A stretch of DNA of 64,000 nucleotides from a virus: positions 32,001-96,000 of the IMG/VR virus record IMGVR_UViG_3300028549_003662. One strand, written 5' to 3'. Position numbers and translations under genes: made by a program. Of the stretch, positions 9,468 to 22,259 are shown piece by piece (the stretch's first letter is position 1; each line of letters opens with the position of its first letter). The notes beneath the pieces were generated by a model that was not told the DNA's origin, ran no database searches, and saw nothing but the letters and a program-made list of their open reading frames with translations.

Positions 9468-12400
9468 GGGTTACTTACCCTCCTTGAGTTGGCGCGCGAT
9501 GGCCTTCAGGACGCAGACGCTCGTGGACTTCGTCACGCTCTCTCCGGCAGCCTTCATGGCGTCCTTGTTCGCCAACATTCTGAAGGCAGGGTAGAGGTTG
9601 TCCCACCACACCAGGAAGATGTCGTTGAAAGCGGGGTCGGTGCTGGCCTGGATGGCATCCAGACCGATGTGCTGCCCGACAGCCTGCTTCAACTCTTCGG
9701 TGGCGAACTGGATGTAGTAGTCGTTGTGTGCGGCCTTGCCGCTGATGTACTCGCTACGCGTAATCACCGTTGTCTCCCATGTGGTGGTTGATGTGCTTGA
9801 GAAGGCCAAACTGGCTGTCGATGAACCCCGCGTTGACCTCGGCCATGCATCGGGCAGTGAAGCGCTCTCCGGGGCTTGTCGACCACCCCATGCAGCGCGC
9901 TGCCGACTCGTAGTGGTTGCGGTGCAAGCGCGCCACGACGCTACTGTGCCAGTGCCGGATGCTGTTTTCCTTGCTGGGGTTGGCGTCGTTGTTGTTGTTG
10001 TTGAAGCCACCCTCCAGGATGCGGTTGAGTTCCGCGAGGAAGCGTTCATAGATGCGCAGCCGGTGCGCGGCCTTGGTCATCTCGACGAGATGCCACTCCA
10101 GGGCCTCCATGATCTCCCAGCCCTTCTCGGATTGCAGCAGCTTGGCGGTGCTGTGCGCTTCCTCGTAGGCGTCGTTGGCGCACTTGATGAGGTAGTCGGC
10201 GACGGCGTAGGCGCGGCTAAGCATTCTTCACCTCCTTGCGGCGCACGAAGAACCAGCCGTTGACCCAGAACCCGGTCTGCCCGCCGTCCCCGGAAGGCAC
10301 GATGAGCGGAGCGACGTCGATCTCGATGTCGTTGTCACTGGGCAACTCGTACTTCTCGCGCGCCAGGTCGACGTAGGGCTTGAGTTCGTCGAGGTCGAGC
10401 AGGCTTTCCCGCATGGCGACGACGTGGCGCTTGATGTCGGCAACGCGTTCCGCGCACGGCGGGTCACAGGATTCGGTGAAGCCTTCAGCGGCAGCGATGA
10501 GGTGCTCGATGTGTTCGCGCATTATTTCACGTCCTTCAGGTTTGTGACGCTCTTGGCGTCGTAGTGGGTGTGGAACTGATACAGCTTCCGCGTCTCGCGG
10601 GGCAGCGGGCACTGTGCCTCGTTGCAGTTGCCCTCAACATCGCTGGTGTTGTCGTCGTGGATGCAGAACACCAGTTCAGGTGTGCAGGTGTTTTCGTAGT
10701 CTGGGGTGTCGCGGCAAGCCACCTCCCAGAGACCCCGGAAGTACGGGCAGCCTTTGCCGAACCAGTAGGGGGATTCAGGCATTGTCTACTCCTTGAGCGC
10801 GTCGTTGAGCAGCGCGATGTGAATCTCGACGGTCTCCATAGCTTTCTTCATGCGCTTCGCTCCAGCGATCTTCTTGTCGCGCATGTAGATGATGGCCTCA
10901 CGCTCCGTGGGCCGCCAGGGCTGGTCGTTGTTCGTGACCTGTGCGCGGTTCAGCCACAGGCTCTGCTTCTCGACGTCGCGCAATCCCGTAAAGAGGTTCT
11001 TGCGCTCGAACTCCACGTCCAGGTAGTTGCTGTTGGCAGTGGGCACCTTGACGACGGTGCCGGAGATGACGTTGAACTTCTTCTTTCCGACGGAAGTGAC
11101 CGCGTATGCGGTCTGGCCGATCTGGAGATTAACCATGCTGTGCTCCTTTTAAGCGTCGAGCACGTAGACGACAACATCCACATGCTCACGCTGCTTGCGC
11201 GTTATTTCTTCTCGCTCCAGTTTCCAACCCGCCTTGCGTGCGATCTCTGCTGTGTAATCAGCTAGCAACTCCTGCGCTTTTCCAAGCGTCGGCGCTCGCA
11301 TATTGCGGTACGAGCCGTTGTGGTTTTCACAGCGCAAAGCGCGCCACTTCGTGCCCCAGAAGCTGGTTTCTTGCGTCTGCACCTCGAAGCCGTAGAGGGG
11401 TCCGCGATCAATGATTCTGTAGAGCACGGCTACAACCCCAGTGCGGTGAACTTGTCGCGCAGCGCGTCGAAGCGCATGCGCTCTTCGCCGGTGAGGGTGA
11501 GGTAACGGCAGGAGAGGTGGAAGAACTCGCGCATGTCCTCGAACAGCGAGCCCTGCGCGAGGATGGGGTGTGCGGCGGCTATTGCGGCCGTCCCGGTCTT
11601 GTACAGCTCTTGCGCGGTCTCTCGCGTCATTGGGGAACCCGCGGTGTTGCCGCACACTGCGATGTACGCCCCCAGGGCGCCTTGCAGCGTAGCGAGCACC
11701 GCGGCGACCTCGCGTCCCCACCAGTGGTCGTGCTTGCTGCACGGCTCACGCATACACAATGCTAGGTTGCCCCTGTTGCCGCAGTGGCCGCATTCATCGG
11801 TTTCGAATGCGTTCTGCTTCCGCGCCACGTACACGGTAACGGTGAATGCGTGGGCGTCACCCATCGTCTTAAATTGGTACTCAGTGCGGTCAGGGAGGTG
11901 CAACGCGTCGATGGTATAGCCATGCGTGTTCACGAGATGCGTGATGATGGCATCCAGCGCTGTGTTGTCAATGGCGATTATGCGGTTCATTGTCGCTCCT
12001 TTTCAGTAGTTCTTGTGGGCGTCCCAGCCCTGGTCGTCGTCCTCATCGGATTCAGCGGCGACTTGCCGCGACGCGATGAGTCGTGCTTCTTCCAGGGGGA
12101 GGACACGAGGGTTGTTGTACTGCAACTGCGCGACCTTCTTATCGGCGGCTGCCCGTGAGGCGTACACGAAGGCGTCATCGAGCGTCCGCGACCAGAAGCT
12201 CTTCTGGCAGACGTGGCGGTTCACCATGAAGATCGTCTCCGCGTTCTTGAACGAGTAGGTGGCGATGACGAAGCCGCTCATCCGTGCCTCCTTGCGCCCT
12301 CAATAGCGGAGAGCTTCATGTCCGCGCTTGCCTTGCGCAGCCCCGCAGCCAGGTCGCGCAGCCTGACGATGAGGCGCATCTGGTCGGTGCTGAGCGCCCT

Positions 12401-13768
12401 GATTTCCAGCTTTTGCGCCTTGGCGTCGTGTGCGGTCAGTCCGGGGTCGCCGGTTTCGATGGTGTTCGCCCACATGTCCAGGGCGTAGGCGGACAGTTCG
12501 CGGTCATCCATGTTCATTGGCATTGCTGGCCTCCTGCAAGTTCTCCGCGAGTGCGATCCGCAGCACCAGCAGCCGGTTGTACTCCACCCAGAACCTGTCG
12601 TCTTCCGGCTTGACCAGCGTGCTGCCGAACACCTTGAGGCGCTCCATGCGGTGGAAGATGATGCAGGTGTAGAAGCACCCGTTGTTGCCGCCCACGGTGC
12701 GGGTGTCGCAGGGGCAGAGGTGATGATTGAGACGGTACAGCGGAGCGATGCGGTCGTGCTTGGTGAACTGATCCGGCCAGAGGTGCATGGCGGGCTCCGG
12801 CCACATCTCCTTGGCCTCACTGCACAGCCCCCACGTGCAGTTCGTGTACTTGTCACCGATGCAGTCGCTGTTCTCGTAGTGCAGCGGGAGCCCGGAGAGC
12901 ACAAGCGCCTGGAGGCGTTGCAGCGCCTCCAGGTAGCCCTTGTCGGTCATGTAGAGGGAGCGCGAGCGCTCCTGCATGTTATTCACTGTCAGCATCGTCG
13001 TCCTCCTCCGGGGTGCGAACCCCGAACACCTGTTCGTTGTTGAGGCCCATGACATCGACGGCGTAGTCCTGCACGGCGTCGATGAGGTTGACGATGCCCT
13101 CGATGGCCTCTTGCGGTTCCTCATCGAGGAGCGCATCCAGGGTCTGCACGTTCATCAAGGCCATCTTCTGCTGCCGCAGCAGCGGCCAGTCCATGCGCAG
13201 CATGAACTCCGGGTGCGTGGCGTCGAGGTCACGCACTCGGATGCTGCGGAAGACCGCGCAGGCCGCGCAGTCGTCCTTGGCGGCGAGTTCCGCAGCCAGT
13301 TCCTTGGCGCGCTCATTCGCGCCGGTCTCGTTGATGTACGGCGTGGGGTCGATGCGGTCCCAGCCGCCGTTGCCGTTACGCATTTCGATCACGTACAAAG
13401 GCATGTCAGGCTCCTTCGGTTTCAGGGTGGTGGATGTCCAGGTAGGTGAGTAGCTTTGCCAGCATGAGCCGTGACGGCGCGCTGTGCATGCGGAGCGTGT
13501 ACTCCTCGTGAAAGCGGTCGCCCTTTCGGGGCAGCAGATCCGCTACAGCTTCTCGCGCTCTCTGCATTTCTCTCTGGCAGTCGAGGTAGTATGTGAGGAA
13601 CTCCATGTCGCTGCGCAGGTAGCGGCGCACACGCTTGTTTGCGATAGGCGCGCACACCCGTCGCGGCTGCTTGCGCTTCGGCGGCCCGCAGTAGTTGCGG
13701 TCACGTTCGCAGGCTATGACGACAGCGATTACGACCAGGATGAGGAAGAACTCCATAGCGGCCCTCCA

Positions 13769-14755
13769 CTAGCAGGCACGGGTGAAGACGATGCGCCCGG
13801 TGGTGATGAGTTCTTCTGCGGCGCTGGTGGTTTCGTACTGTGGGTACCACCACAGCGCCGCCCCGCCCTCGGCACCATCATCGCCGTCACCCTGGTTGGT
13901 CAGGATCGGAGCCTCGGTGAGCGCGCCGATCCGTTCGGGACGGACGAAGGCGAGATGGTCATTGCAGGTGATGGGCTCCAGCAGGTCGATGAGCATGGCG
14001 GATTCACTGCGGTCAGCGAGCGCGTCCCGCAGGAGTTGCACTTCCACAGCCGGGGTGAAGGTGAGTTCCAAGTCGCCGCCGATGTCCATCTCCGCGATGC
14101 GGATGACGCCGTAGTAGGATTCCCCGGTGACGTGGATGGGAGCCCTGGGGACATCGCCGGGGTCGACATCGGCCTTGCGCAGCACCGTATAGATGTCGGT
14201 GAGGAGCACGTCTGCGCTGTCCTGCGAGTACTTGCTGTACCCGGCCTTGATGCTCTTCAGGAACTCGTAGACGTTGCCGAGCACGACCGACATATCGGGC
14301 GCGGCAGCATGGAAGTCCCGCGACGGGCAGTCGCCTTCAGGGCAGTACCCGCCGGGCTCAATATCGCCAGCGTCATCGGTGGGGTCGAACTCGCGTCCGC
14401 AGTACTCGCACACGCAGTTGGCATCGAGCGCGAGGATTTTCGTGACGTCGAATTCCAGAACCGGCTTCGGCCGCACATACACGCAGCCCCCGCCGGGCGC
14501 CGCAACCGGAACGTGTTCGGCGTGGCGGGTCAAGACGGGCCGGGTGCCGACACAGCATTCGGCGTGGATGTACTTCAGCAGCTCCACGTAGTCGTCAGCG
14601 AGTTCCTGCGGGGCGTTGTCGAAGAGCACAACACGCTTGCCCTCACACAGCGTATGCAGCTTGCTGGCCTCGACGCTGGTGAAGACGTTGGCGAGCAATG
14701 CAAAGATGGAGTTGAAGTCAACGTAGGGTCCGAGGTAGAGAATGAGCGGGCGCAT
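13769..14755 (-). CDS. hypothetical protein with central CxxC...C motif
   Basis: 328-aa ORF with AGGAGG SD; CEYC...YCPEGDCP. Confidence 0.7.
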   Translation of the reverse strand: MRPLILYLGPYVDFNSIFALLANVFTSVEASKLHTLCEGKRVVLFDNAPQELADDYVELLKYIHAECCVGTRPVLTRHAEHVPVAAPGGGCVYVRPKPVLEFDVTKILALDANCVCEYCGREFDPTDDAGDIEPGGYCPEGDCPSRDFHAAAPDMSVVLGNVYEFLKSIKAGYSKYSQDSADVLLTDIYTVLRKADVDPGDVPRAPIHVTGESYYGVIRIAEMDIGGDLELTFTPAVEVQLLRDALADRSESAMLIDLLEPITCNDHLAFVRPERIGALTEAPILTNQGDGDDGAEGGAALWWYPQYETTSAAEELITTGRIVFTRAC

Positions 14756-14765
14756 GATGGCCTCC

Positions 14766-15353
14766 TTACGCCGTGATGGGGATGATGGTGAAGATGGGCG
14801 CGGTGTCGGGGCTGAACACGGTGTCGCTGATCCAGGACTCCCTGATCTCGCGCACGATTTCCTGGGTGTCGCCGTAGTGTGGGAATGTCGGGACGGTGTC
14901 GCTGGTGTCGGTCTGGAACGCCCTGGTGACGCGAAGGTGGTCCTTGTCCTTGTTCTCGTTGCGGCAGCGGTATTCGGTGATGAAGACGCAGTACATCTTG
15001 ACCTCGTAGGGCTGCATGCATCGCGTGAACTTGCGGGTGTAGTCGATCCCCATCACGTTGGCCATCGTGACGTACTCCGTGATGGGGTCGCAGCATTCCG
15101 GCATCAGGAACACCGCAAGGTCTTCAGCGTATTCGATGTCGCTGACGAAGGCGTACAGGATTTCCTTGTCGGTGGCATTGGCGGCGCGGAGTTCGACAGC
15201 TTGCACACCAGGGGCGTTCACCGCCCAGGCCCTCGCGCAGCCGAAGTCAGATCCGGCAGCAGCAGTGAAGGTGAAGTCGGCCCGCACATGGTGGCGGTGC
15301 ATGAGCATGACGACGTCTTCGGCTTTCTTGTCCGACTTGGTAATCTTTTGCAT
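14766..15353 (-). CDS. hypothetical protein
   Basis: ORF with AAGGAG SD. Confidence 0.65.
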   Translation of the reverse strand: MQKITKSDKKAEDVVMLMHRHHVRADFTFTAAAGSDFGCARAWAVNAPGVQAVELRAANATDKEILYAFVSDIEYAEDLAVFLMPECCDPITEYVTMANVMGIDYTRKFTRCMQPYEVKMYCVFITEYRCRNENKDKDHLRVTRAFQTDTSDTVPTFPHYGDTQEIVREIRESWISDTVFSPDTAPIFTIIPITA

Positions 15354-15907
15354 GATGCGCTCCTTGCGCGGACTACATGTGGATGTAGTAGTTTTCGATG
15401 ATGCGGTTGATGCGCCGGTTCGGGTTGGGGCGGCGGTACTGGTGCATGCCCTCCTTGCACAGCGCGACAGTGAAGTCCTTCGGCGTGGCGAAGTTGCAGC
15501 CGTTGTCGAGGTGGTCGCTGATGAGGCCGCAGCCGGAGGCGTCCAGCTTCTCGATGCGCTCCAGCGCCATCTTGGCCATGTCCGCCATAAGGCCGCTAAC
15601 CTTGGTGATGAGGTCGGCCTTCGCTTCTGCGCGCTCGGCGTCCGTGTACTCTCTGCGGGGTTGCTTGCTCATGCCGGTCTCCTTATTCCGTGATGTCGCG
15701 CACAATGGAGGCGATAGCGTCTTCACAGATGGTGTGCTCGATGTCGCATTCGCCCTCGCCCACACGCAGCATAAGCAGCTTGTTGGCGGTGTCTGTGCCT
15801 TCCACACTGCCTTCGATGACGCGCCTGTCGCGCAGTGTGATGATGATTCCGTCGTCGATTTCGTACTTGTCCTCAATGTACTGGATGATACCCATGATGC
15901 ACTCCTC

Positions 15908-16705
15908 CTACTCGTCACGGACGAGGTAGCTGGTTTCTCCGTAGAAGACTTCACTGTAGTCGTAGCGCACCCGCGCCGCCGTGGCCTCCCAGTCGACGAC
16001 CAGGACGTTTTCGGCTTCTTCGCTGATAAGCCCCAGGCTGCGCAGGTCTTCGCGGACGAAGTCCTCGAAGTTGTCGGACTTGACGATGCTGTTGCCGTTT
16101 TGCGGGTTAGCGTGCTGCTTGACGTCCTCAAGGAAGTCGGCCAGCTTGTCGCGGTCCTGCGCTTCCGTGAACGTATCGCAGCGCGTTTGCAGGCGGTCGA
16201 CGAGTTCACCGAGACGTGTCTTGACAGCACTGTCGGGCTTGTCCTTGTGCCGCACCCACGCATTCGTGGCGCGGTCCAGCCGCTTTTCCAGGCGCAGGAA
16301 CGGTGCGTGGTACATGCGGTCCATGTACGCCAGGGCGTCGACGAGTTCGCGGGGGTCGAGCACGTTGCTCCCCTCCTCGTACTCATCGCTGGGCTCGTCG
16401 GGGAAGTCCTTGACGCGCTCCATGAGCCACACATCAACGGCCTCTTGCATCCCGTTGATGAAGGCGTAACCGGCAGTCGTGAGGGGTGCGCACCCGGTAT
16501 CTTCGCCCTCCGGGGCGTCTTCCAGCCACAGCCCCTCATAGCGAGGGTTGTCTTCGCAGAGACCTATGAGGCAGTTGGCGTCGATGTGGTCGTGGAGATC
16601 GCCGAAGCACTTCACGTTCTCCGGTATGTCGCCGAACTCCATGTGCTTCAGGATTTCGATCTTTGCCTGGGCGATGGCGTTACGCAGATTCATTGGCTTG
16701 CGCAT
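15908..16705 (-). CDS. acidic hypothetical phage protein
   Basis: 265-aa D/E-rich ORF with AGGAG SD. Confidence 0.7.
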   Translation of the reverse strand: MRKPMNLRNAIAQAKIEILKHMEFGDIPENVKCFGDLHDHIDANCLIGLCEDNPRYEGLWLEDAPEGEDTGCAPLTTAGYAFINGMQEAVDVWLMERVKDFPDEPSDEYEEGSNVLDPRELVDALAYMDRMYHAPFLRLEKRLDRATNAWVRHKDKPDSAVKTRLGELVDRLQTRCDTFTEAQDRDKLADFLEDVKQHANPQNGNSIVKSDNFEDFVREDLRSLGLISEEAENVLVVDWEATAARVRYDYSEVFYGETSYLVRDE

Positions 16706-16967
16706 CAGATTGCTCCTTTTCGCGTTCGTTTGTAAACACTGGGCCGTCTCCGTGTAGCAGGTACTGCGGACGTACTCCGCGAGTCATGTAGAGGTGCAGC
16801 ACCCAGTCGCTCCTCACTATGGCGCGCTTTTGCGAACCTTGATACGCGCAGTACGTTACTCCGAGGGCGCGAGCTATCTGCGGCATAGACTTCACGCCTG
16901 TGATTTCTTTGACGCGCTCCGAGAAAGCCACAAACGCGGCTTTCTCTTCAGGCGTTGGTTCGCTCAT
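16680..16967 (-). CDS. CI-type helix-turn-helix protein
   Basis: ERVKEITGVKSMPQIARALGV...KRAIVRSDWV...YLLHGDGPVF, the Phage_CI_repr-type pattern. Confidence 0.75.
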   Translation of the reverse strand: MSEPTPEEKAAFVAFSERVKEITGVKSMPQIARALGVTYCAYQGSQKRAIVRSDWVLHLYMTRGVRPQYLLHGDGPVFTNEREKEQSDAQANESA

Positions 16968-16970
16968 GTG

Positions 16971-17462
16971 CTAGACCTTCTTTCCGAGTGCGATCTCGGC
17001 GCTGAATGCGTTGAGGCGATTGAGAACGTCCTGCGCCTTGACCGCGCCTTCCTGCATGTCGTGGGCGGCCGCGTCCTTCTGGCGCTGCAAGCCCTCCGTG
17101 GTCGTCTTCAGGACTGCCATGCTGTCGTTGTAGCAGTCCACGAGGCCGCGCATTTCGTCGATGAGGCCTGCAAGGCGGTCCTGGAACTTGCGCAGCACGA
17201 CCTCGTCGGCTCCGGCGATGAACTGCGGGCCAGTGCCGGTTGCCAGCCACATCGCGATGACGCCGTACTTGCCTTCCAGCTTGAGCAGCCAGTCCGAGGG
17301 GATGCTGGCGCGGCGCTTGGCGTCACTGATGCTGCTCTGCCGGACATCGAGGACGCCAGCGAGTTGCATCTGCGTCTTCGCGCCGGTGATGGCCTGGATG
17401 CGGGACATGATGGCCTCGTAGCGGGTGATGTCTTCCGGGGCGGCGGTGAGGGGCTTCGCCAT
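16971..17462 (-). CDS. CI-type helix-turn-helix protein with coiled-coil tail
   Basis: RIQAITGAKTQMQLAGVLDVRQSSISDAKRRASIPSDWL...WLATGTGP. Confidence 0.85.
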   Translation of the reverse strand: MAKPLTAAPEDITRYEAIMSRIQAITGAKTQMQLAGVLDVRQSSISDAKRRASIPSDWLLKLEGKYGVIAMWLATGTGPQFIAGADEVVLRKFQDRLAGLIDEMRGLVDCYNDSMAVLKTTTEGLQRQKDAAAHDMQEGAVKAQDVLNRLNAFSAEIALGKKV

Positions 17463-18702
17463 GATGTTCTCCTAGATGTCGCCGTTGTAGGTGGCGGTTG
17501 CGGTTTCAACGATTTTTGCGTCCTCGATGACGTAGTGGCGGCCACCGAGAATGACGTCTTGGCCGCCGACGTTCGCGATGGTATCGTTCGTAGGGTCGAC
17601 GTCCGCCAGATCAGCATCGGCGACGCGGTAATAGGAGGGAGCGTCTGCATAGACATCCTGCACGAGACCGCCGTCGAGCATGACAAGCAGCTCGACGCGT
17701 TCAAGGGGGCAGTCCACCGCCCCAAGGACACAGCCTTCGAGGTTGTCGGGGATGTTGTTGTCGTCCGCGCCTTCGCGCAACCATGTCACGAACGCGACGT
17801 CATCGGGGTCGATGAGCTGCGTGTCGATGAGCACGACCTTGTCCTCGTGCTCGACGAACTCCAGGCTGTTGCCGGTACCCGCGACGAGTGCCATCACGGC
17901 TTCCAGGGCTTCGCGCTTGATGAGCTTCTTCATGGCTTTAGAACTCCTTCGTGCTGTAGGGGACGACTTCCACGATGCCTTCCGGGGCGTCGTCCATCGT
18001 CACCGGGGTTGCGCCGTGGAACCAGTCTTCGAACTCCGGGTCTTCGGAGCTGATGTGGTCGGGGTTGTAGATGACGCACACATCGTCCTCGATGAACGCG
18101 CAGACGGGGAAGTCGCGCTCCATCGCCTGGATGATGCCCAGAAACACTTCCTGCGGGATGTAAGTCTTCATGTGTGCAGCGCTCCTTGTATTAGGCGTCG
18201 GGGTTGAGGTCGGAAGCGAACTTGAACTTCGGGAAGGCGGTGCGCAGATCGCGCAGGTTGCGCCAAGTTGCCTGCATAGCCTCCCTGCGGTTGTCGGTGG
18301 TGATGATGGTGTCTTGCAGATGCGACACCACGTAGCCGCTCACACCCATGTGGCTGGCGCGGACAACGACAGCGGGTTGGTTCTTGCGAAGCAGCGCCAT
18401 GCTAGGCCTCCTCGGCTTCGACTTCGGTGGTGTAGTTTTCCAGCGCCGCTTCGAGCATGCCCGCCACGGCGGTGCTGACATCAAACACGCGGCCCTCGAA
18501 GCGGATGTACACGGTACCGTCGCTGGCCAGATTCGGCAGCCTGTCCGTGAGGTGGAAGGCGTCCGCGATGACATCGCAAACTTCCTCATCGAGCACGATG
18601 CCGATGTGGTCGAACGTGTTGTCGGTGTGCTGCACAGGAGTCTGGTTGGGGTAGCCTTCAATGCGCGCCGCGACACGCTTCGCCTTTTCTTCGTTGGTCA
18701 CG

Positions 18703-18930
18703 CTAGGCCTCCTCTATGGCGAACTCGCTGTAGATGCCGTCGTAGTCACACTTTGCGCAGACGCAGGGGCTATCAGGCCCCCACTCGTCGACTTCGGTGT
18801 CCGTGATCCAGGCCTGCTCGCCGTTGAGTTCCGGGGTGTCGTTGGGCACCGCGTACAGGCTCGCCTTGACACAGATGCGGATGACGGCTTCGTTGCCGTC
18901 GTTGCCGCACTTGGGGCATTTGAAGCTCAT
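18703..18930 (-). CDS. small Zn-ribbon protein (paralog family)
   Basis: CPKCGNDG ... EWGPDSPCVCAKC. Confidence 0.65.
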   Translation of the reverse strand: MSFKCPKCGNDGNEAVIRICVKASLYAVPNDTPELNGEQAWITDTEVDEWGPDSPCVCAKCDYDGIYSEFAIEEA

Positions 18931-20311
18931 GTGCTTAACCCTCCTTGTGCTGTGCGAGTTCGTCGATTTCCGGCAGATTCAGGAAACGGAAGTCGTGATG
19001 GCCGGTAGCCACCGCGAGGAGCCGGCAGGCCTCCATGTCGCTCTTCAGGATGTCGCCGTTCACGGCGTTGCAGGACACGCACCGGGCGAGTTCGCGCACC
19101 AGGGCGGGGATGAGGGCGCTTTCGCCCTCGTAGGTCGTGAACTGCACGACAACAGTCTCTCCGTCCTCGCTCACGATGCCGTTCACGGTCATGCCATGAA
19201 GGAACTCGGCCGCGACGACATCGTAGCCGAGTTCCTTCACGAGTTCGATGAGGTCGCTGAATCCGAGGTGGTTGAGTTCAATACGCTTGCTCATGTTGGG
19301 CTCCTTTTTATCTGCGCCAGATGAGCGCAAACACGGTTTTCCAGATGGTGATGCAGAGCCAGTAGTCGGTGATGCTGATGGCGAACTCCCAGGACGGCCC
19401 GTGGCGGAACACACTGACGTACATCGCTAGTCACCGGCCTCGGCATCGGTGATGGCATCGTTCTCGTAGTTGTCCTTGGCAATGCGCGCCAGGTCGTCGA
19501 AGTCCAGGCCGCCGAGTTCGCAGAGGTGCATGAGGTCAGAGAGGACGTCGACAACAGCGACACTGTCCACGTCCGCCCGCACAACATCCTCGGTGAAGAT
19601 GTCGGCGATGACGCGGAAGTCGAAGCCGTCAGGGTAGTTGGCGATCTGGCTGTAGATGCGCCGGGCGCGCATGATGTTCTTCACGGTCATGGTCATGGTG
19701 GCCTCCTTTTTTAGCCGAGCAGGCGGACGATGATCTCCGCGCTCAAGATGTAGCCCTCGGTGGGTGTGTGCTGCTTCTTTTCCAGATTGTAGGCGTTGCC
19801 GTTGCGGAGGTTCACCACCAGCGGCGTTGTCCAGCTATCCTGGCGCAGACACTGCTGGAAGCCCTCGTTGTTCGCCTTGAGCTTCATGTAGATGCTGAAC
19901 TTGTCACCGCCGCCCAGGATGGTTTGCGGGGAGTGGTAGGCGTTCACGAACACGGTGCCGGGAGGCATGTCGGCGATGCGCATCTTCTTGAACGACGGGA
20001 GCGGGGTGGCGATGGTGATGACGGGGGCGGGGGTGTTTCCGTGGTTGCTCATTGTGATGCTCCTTCCGGCGCGCTGTGCTTGCGCTTGCCGGTGTTGCGG
20101 GTTTCTATGTACTTGCGCACAAGGGGGATGAGGTCGTTGCTCGTCGTGAGGTGGTCGCCGCGCAGCCGCCAGTACACGGGCAGGAAGTGCCCCTTGTAGC
20201 GGACCTGCATGACTTGGTACTCGCCACGACCATCGCGGACCTCATAGCCGTTCTCGACGCACCATGCTTTGAACTCTTCGAGTTTCCTCGGATGCAGGGT
20301 GCAGCGCTTGC

Positions 20312-21721
20312 TCATTCACACACCCTCGCGGCCAGGGTGGTGATGTTCCGCATCAGCAGGCGGTGGCAGCCCACGACGATGATGCCGGTCTCGCGGTCAT
20401 AGCTGTGAATGCGGTAGCCCGCCATGAGCTTACGCAGGCCTTCAGGGATGTCAGCGACCGCCATCGTGCCGTCATTGAGCGCGGCGATGATGGGGCAGTA
20501 GCGCTTGAACTCCTTCAGCGTGATCTCGCTTTCCATGCTGGTGCGGATGCGCTGCGTTTCCGGTATCAGCCAGATGACGGCGTTCGGGAGGTCACGCGCA
20601 TCGCTGTTGTAGGTGGTGTCACCGATCTTCGGCACAGGACCGCCGAAGGCGCAGCGCAGGATGACAAAGCGGTGCAGGTCGAAGTGCGCTTCCAGAAGGT
20701 CCGAGTAGCGGGAGTCGAAGCCCTTGCGGCCATTCTCGACCAGTTCGGCGTATGCGGCCTTCGCGCCCTCATGCAGCGCGGCGTAGTAGGCCGTGATGGG
20801 CGCGGTGTCGACGTCCAGGTACACAGCGGCACGGTAGATGTGCCCGATGTTGAGCACGTTCAGGGGCGCGTTGGCATCCAGGTATTCCGTCTTCGAAACC
20901 GTCAGCAGCTGCATCATTTCCGGCAGCTTGGCAGTGATGCGCTTCGCGCACACCGTAAGCGCGCCCAGGATGGTGGTGCGGTCGTCGTCAGGGAGTTCCC
21001 GCGACTCCAGCACCCCCATCGCTTCGCTGACGGCGTTAGAGACCTCCATCCCGACCTGCGCGGTGTTCTGAAGCATGTCGATGATGTCGCCCATCTTCTT
21101 GCGGTACTTCTTGATGCGCTTCTCGCGCATGACCGCCTCACGTTCGTCCTGTGCCCTCTCGCTGGCTTCGAGGAGGTTCGTGACGTAGTCGTCGGCCATG
21201 ACGCGGTCGATCAGCGCCTGCGCCTCCGCAGTGATCTTGCGCTTGTAGGTATTGAAGGCCAGGGTGAGCAGCCGCACATTGCCGCGCACGGCGTTAAGCT
21301 GTTCGGGTCCGTAGATGTTGCCGTGATTGACCGCAGACAATGCATCCCGTTCCTCATCAAGCGCCAGGGTGTGAATGAGGTTGATGATCTCCTTGGGCGC
21401 GGCGGCGTCAAACGAGAACGTGGCGGCGTCGTCGACGGTGATTTCGAGCATAGACTTGCGGTCGATGGCATGCCAGAGGTCGTTCTGGTGCCCGGATGTT
21501 GTGATGCTGTACTGACGCTGGGAGCGCACGATGACGCGGTCGTAAGCGCCGATGGGGCGGGGCAGCATGTAGAGCTTTCCGAGCACGTAGTGCGTCCCGT
21601 AGCTGTAGATGGTGCCGCGTTCGTAGAATATTGTGCCCTTGCCGTTCTTGCCCGAAATGCGCCCGTGACTCACGTCCTGGTGAACGAAGGCGTGGCAGAC
21701 TTCCTTGTTGGTCATTGACAT
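20312..21721 (-). CDS. hypothetical phage protein (469 aa)
   Basis: Long ORF with AAGGAG SD; N-terminal IYSYGTHY...YSITTSGHQ motif recalled from phage early proteins. Confidence 0.75.
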   Translation of the reverse strand: MSMTNKEVCHAFVHQDVSHGRISGKNGKGTIFYERGTIYSYGTHYVLGKLYMLPRPIGAYDRVIVRSQRQYSITTSGHQNDLWHAIDRKSMLEITVDDAATFSFDAAAPKEIINLIHTLALDEERDALSAVNHGNIYGPEQLNAVRGNVRLLTLAFNTYKRKITAEAQALIDRVMADDYVTNLLEASERAQDEREAVMREKRIKKYRKKMGDIIDMLQNTAQVGMEVSNAVSEAMGVLESRELPDDDRTTILGALTVCAKRITAKLPEMMQLLTVSKTEYLDANAPLNVLNIGHIYRAAVYLDVDTAPITAYYAALHEGAKAAYAELVENGRKGFDSRYSDLLEAHFDLHRFVILRCAFGGPVPKIGDTTYNSDARDLPNAVIWLIPETQRIRTSMESEITLKEFKRYCPIIAALNDGTMAVADIPEGLRKLMAGYRIHSYDRETGIIVVGCHRLLMRNITTLAARVCE

Positions 21722-22259
21722 AGCTGTGCTCCTTATCGCTACAGGGTTGTGGCTTTCACGTGAGCGCTGTGAGTGCGGATGCGCTCGGCTGCGCTCTCAA
21801 GGACGCTGGCGTAGAAGTCCGACTTGTCTTCGAACTCACGCTCGCTCACAGTGGCGATGGCGTCTTCGAGCAGCACGTCGATGCGTCCGCGCACGGCGTT
21901 GAACTGTTCGGCGGCGGTTTCTTTCGAGGGGAATCTCATACCAGCTACCTCTTCAGCATACCGGAGAGCGCCAGCTTATCCTGCACACGCGGCCACCAGT
22001 CCGGGTTGTGGCCGTAGGCGACGTGGCCCACGACCTCATCGGGGAAGGCCTTGTAGAGCCGGGCCAAGTTGGTGAAATCGGCGCGGATGATGGCCTCGGT
22101 GAGCGCGGTGCGGAAGCTGCCCATTGCGCGCTTGTACTGCCAGTTGAAGACGAACTTTTCGGCCTCGGTGAGCGGTGCGTCCACGTCCACGGTGAGGTCG
22201 TTGGCGGCGGCGAGAAGCGTTGAGGAATCCATGAATTCTTCGACAGACATGATGGCCTC

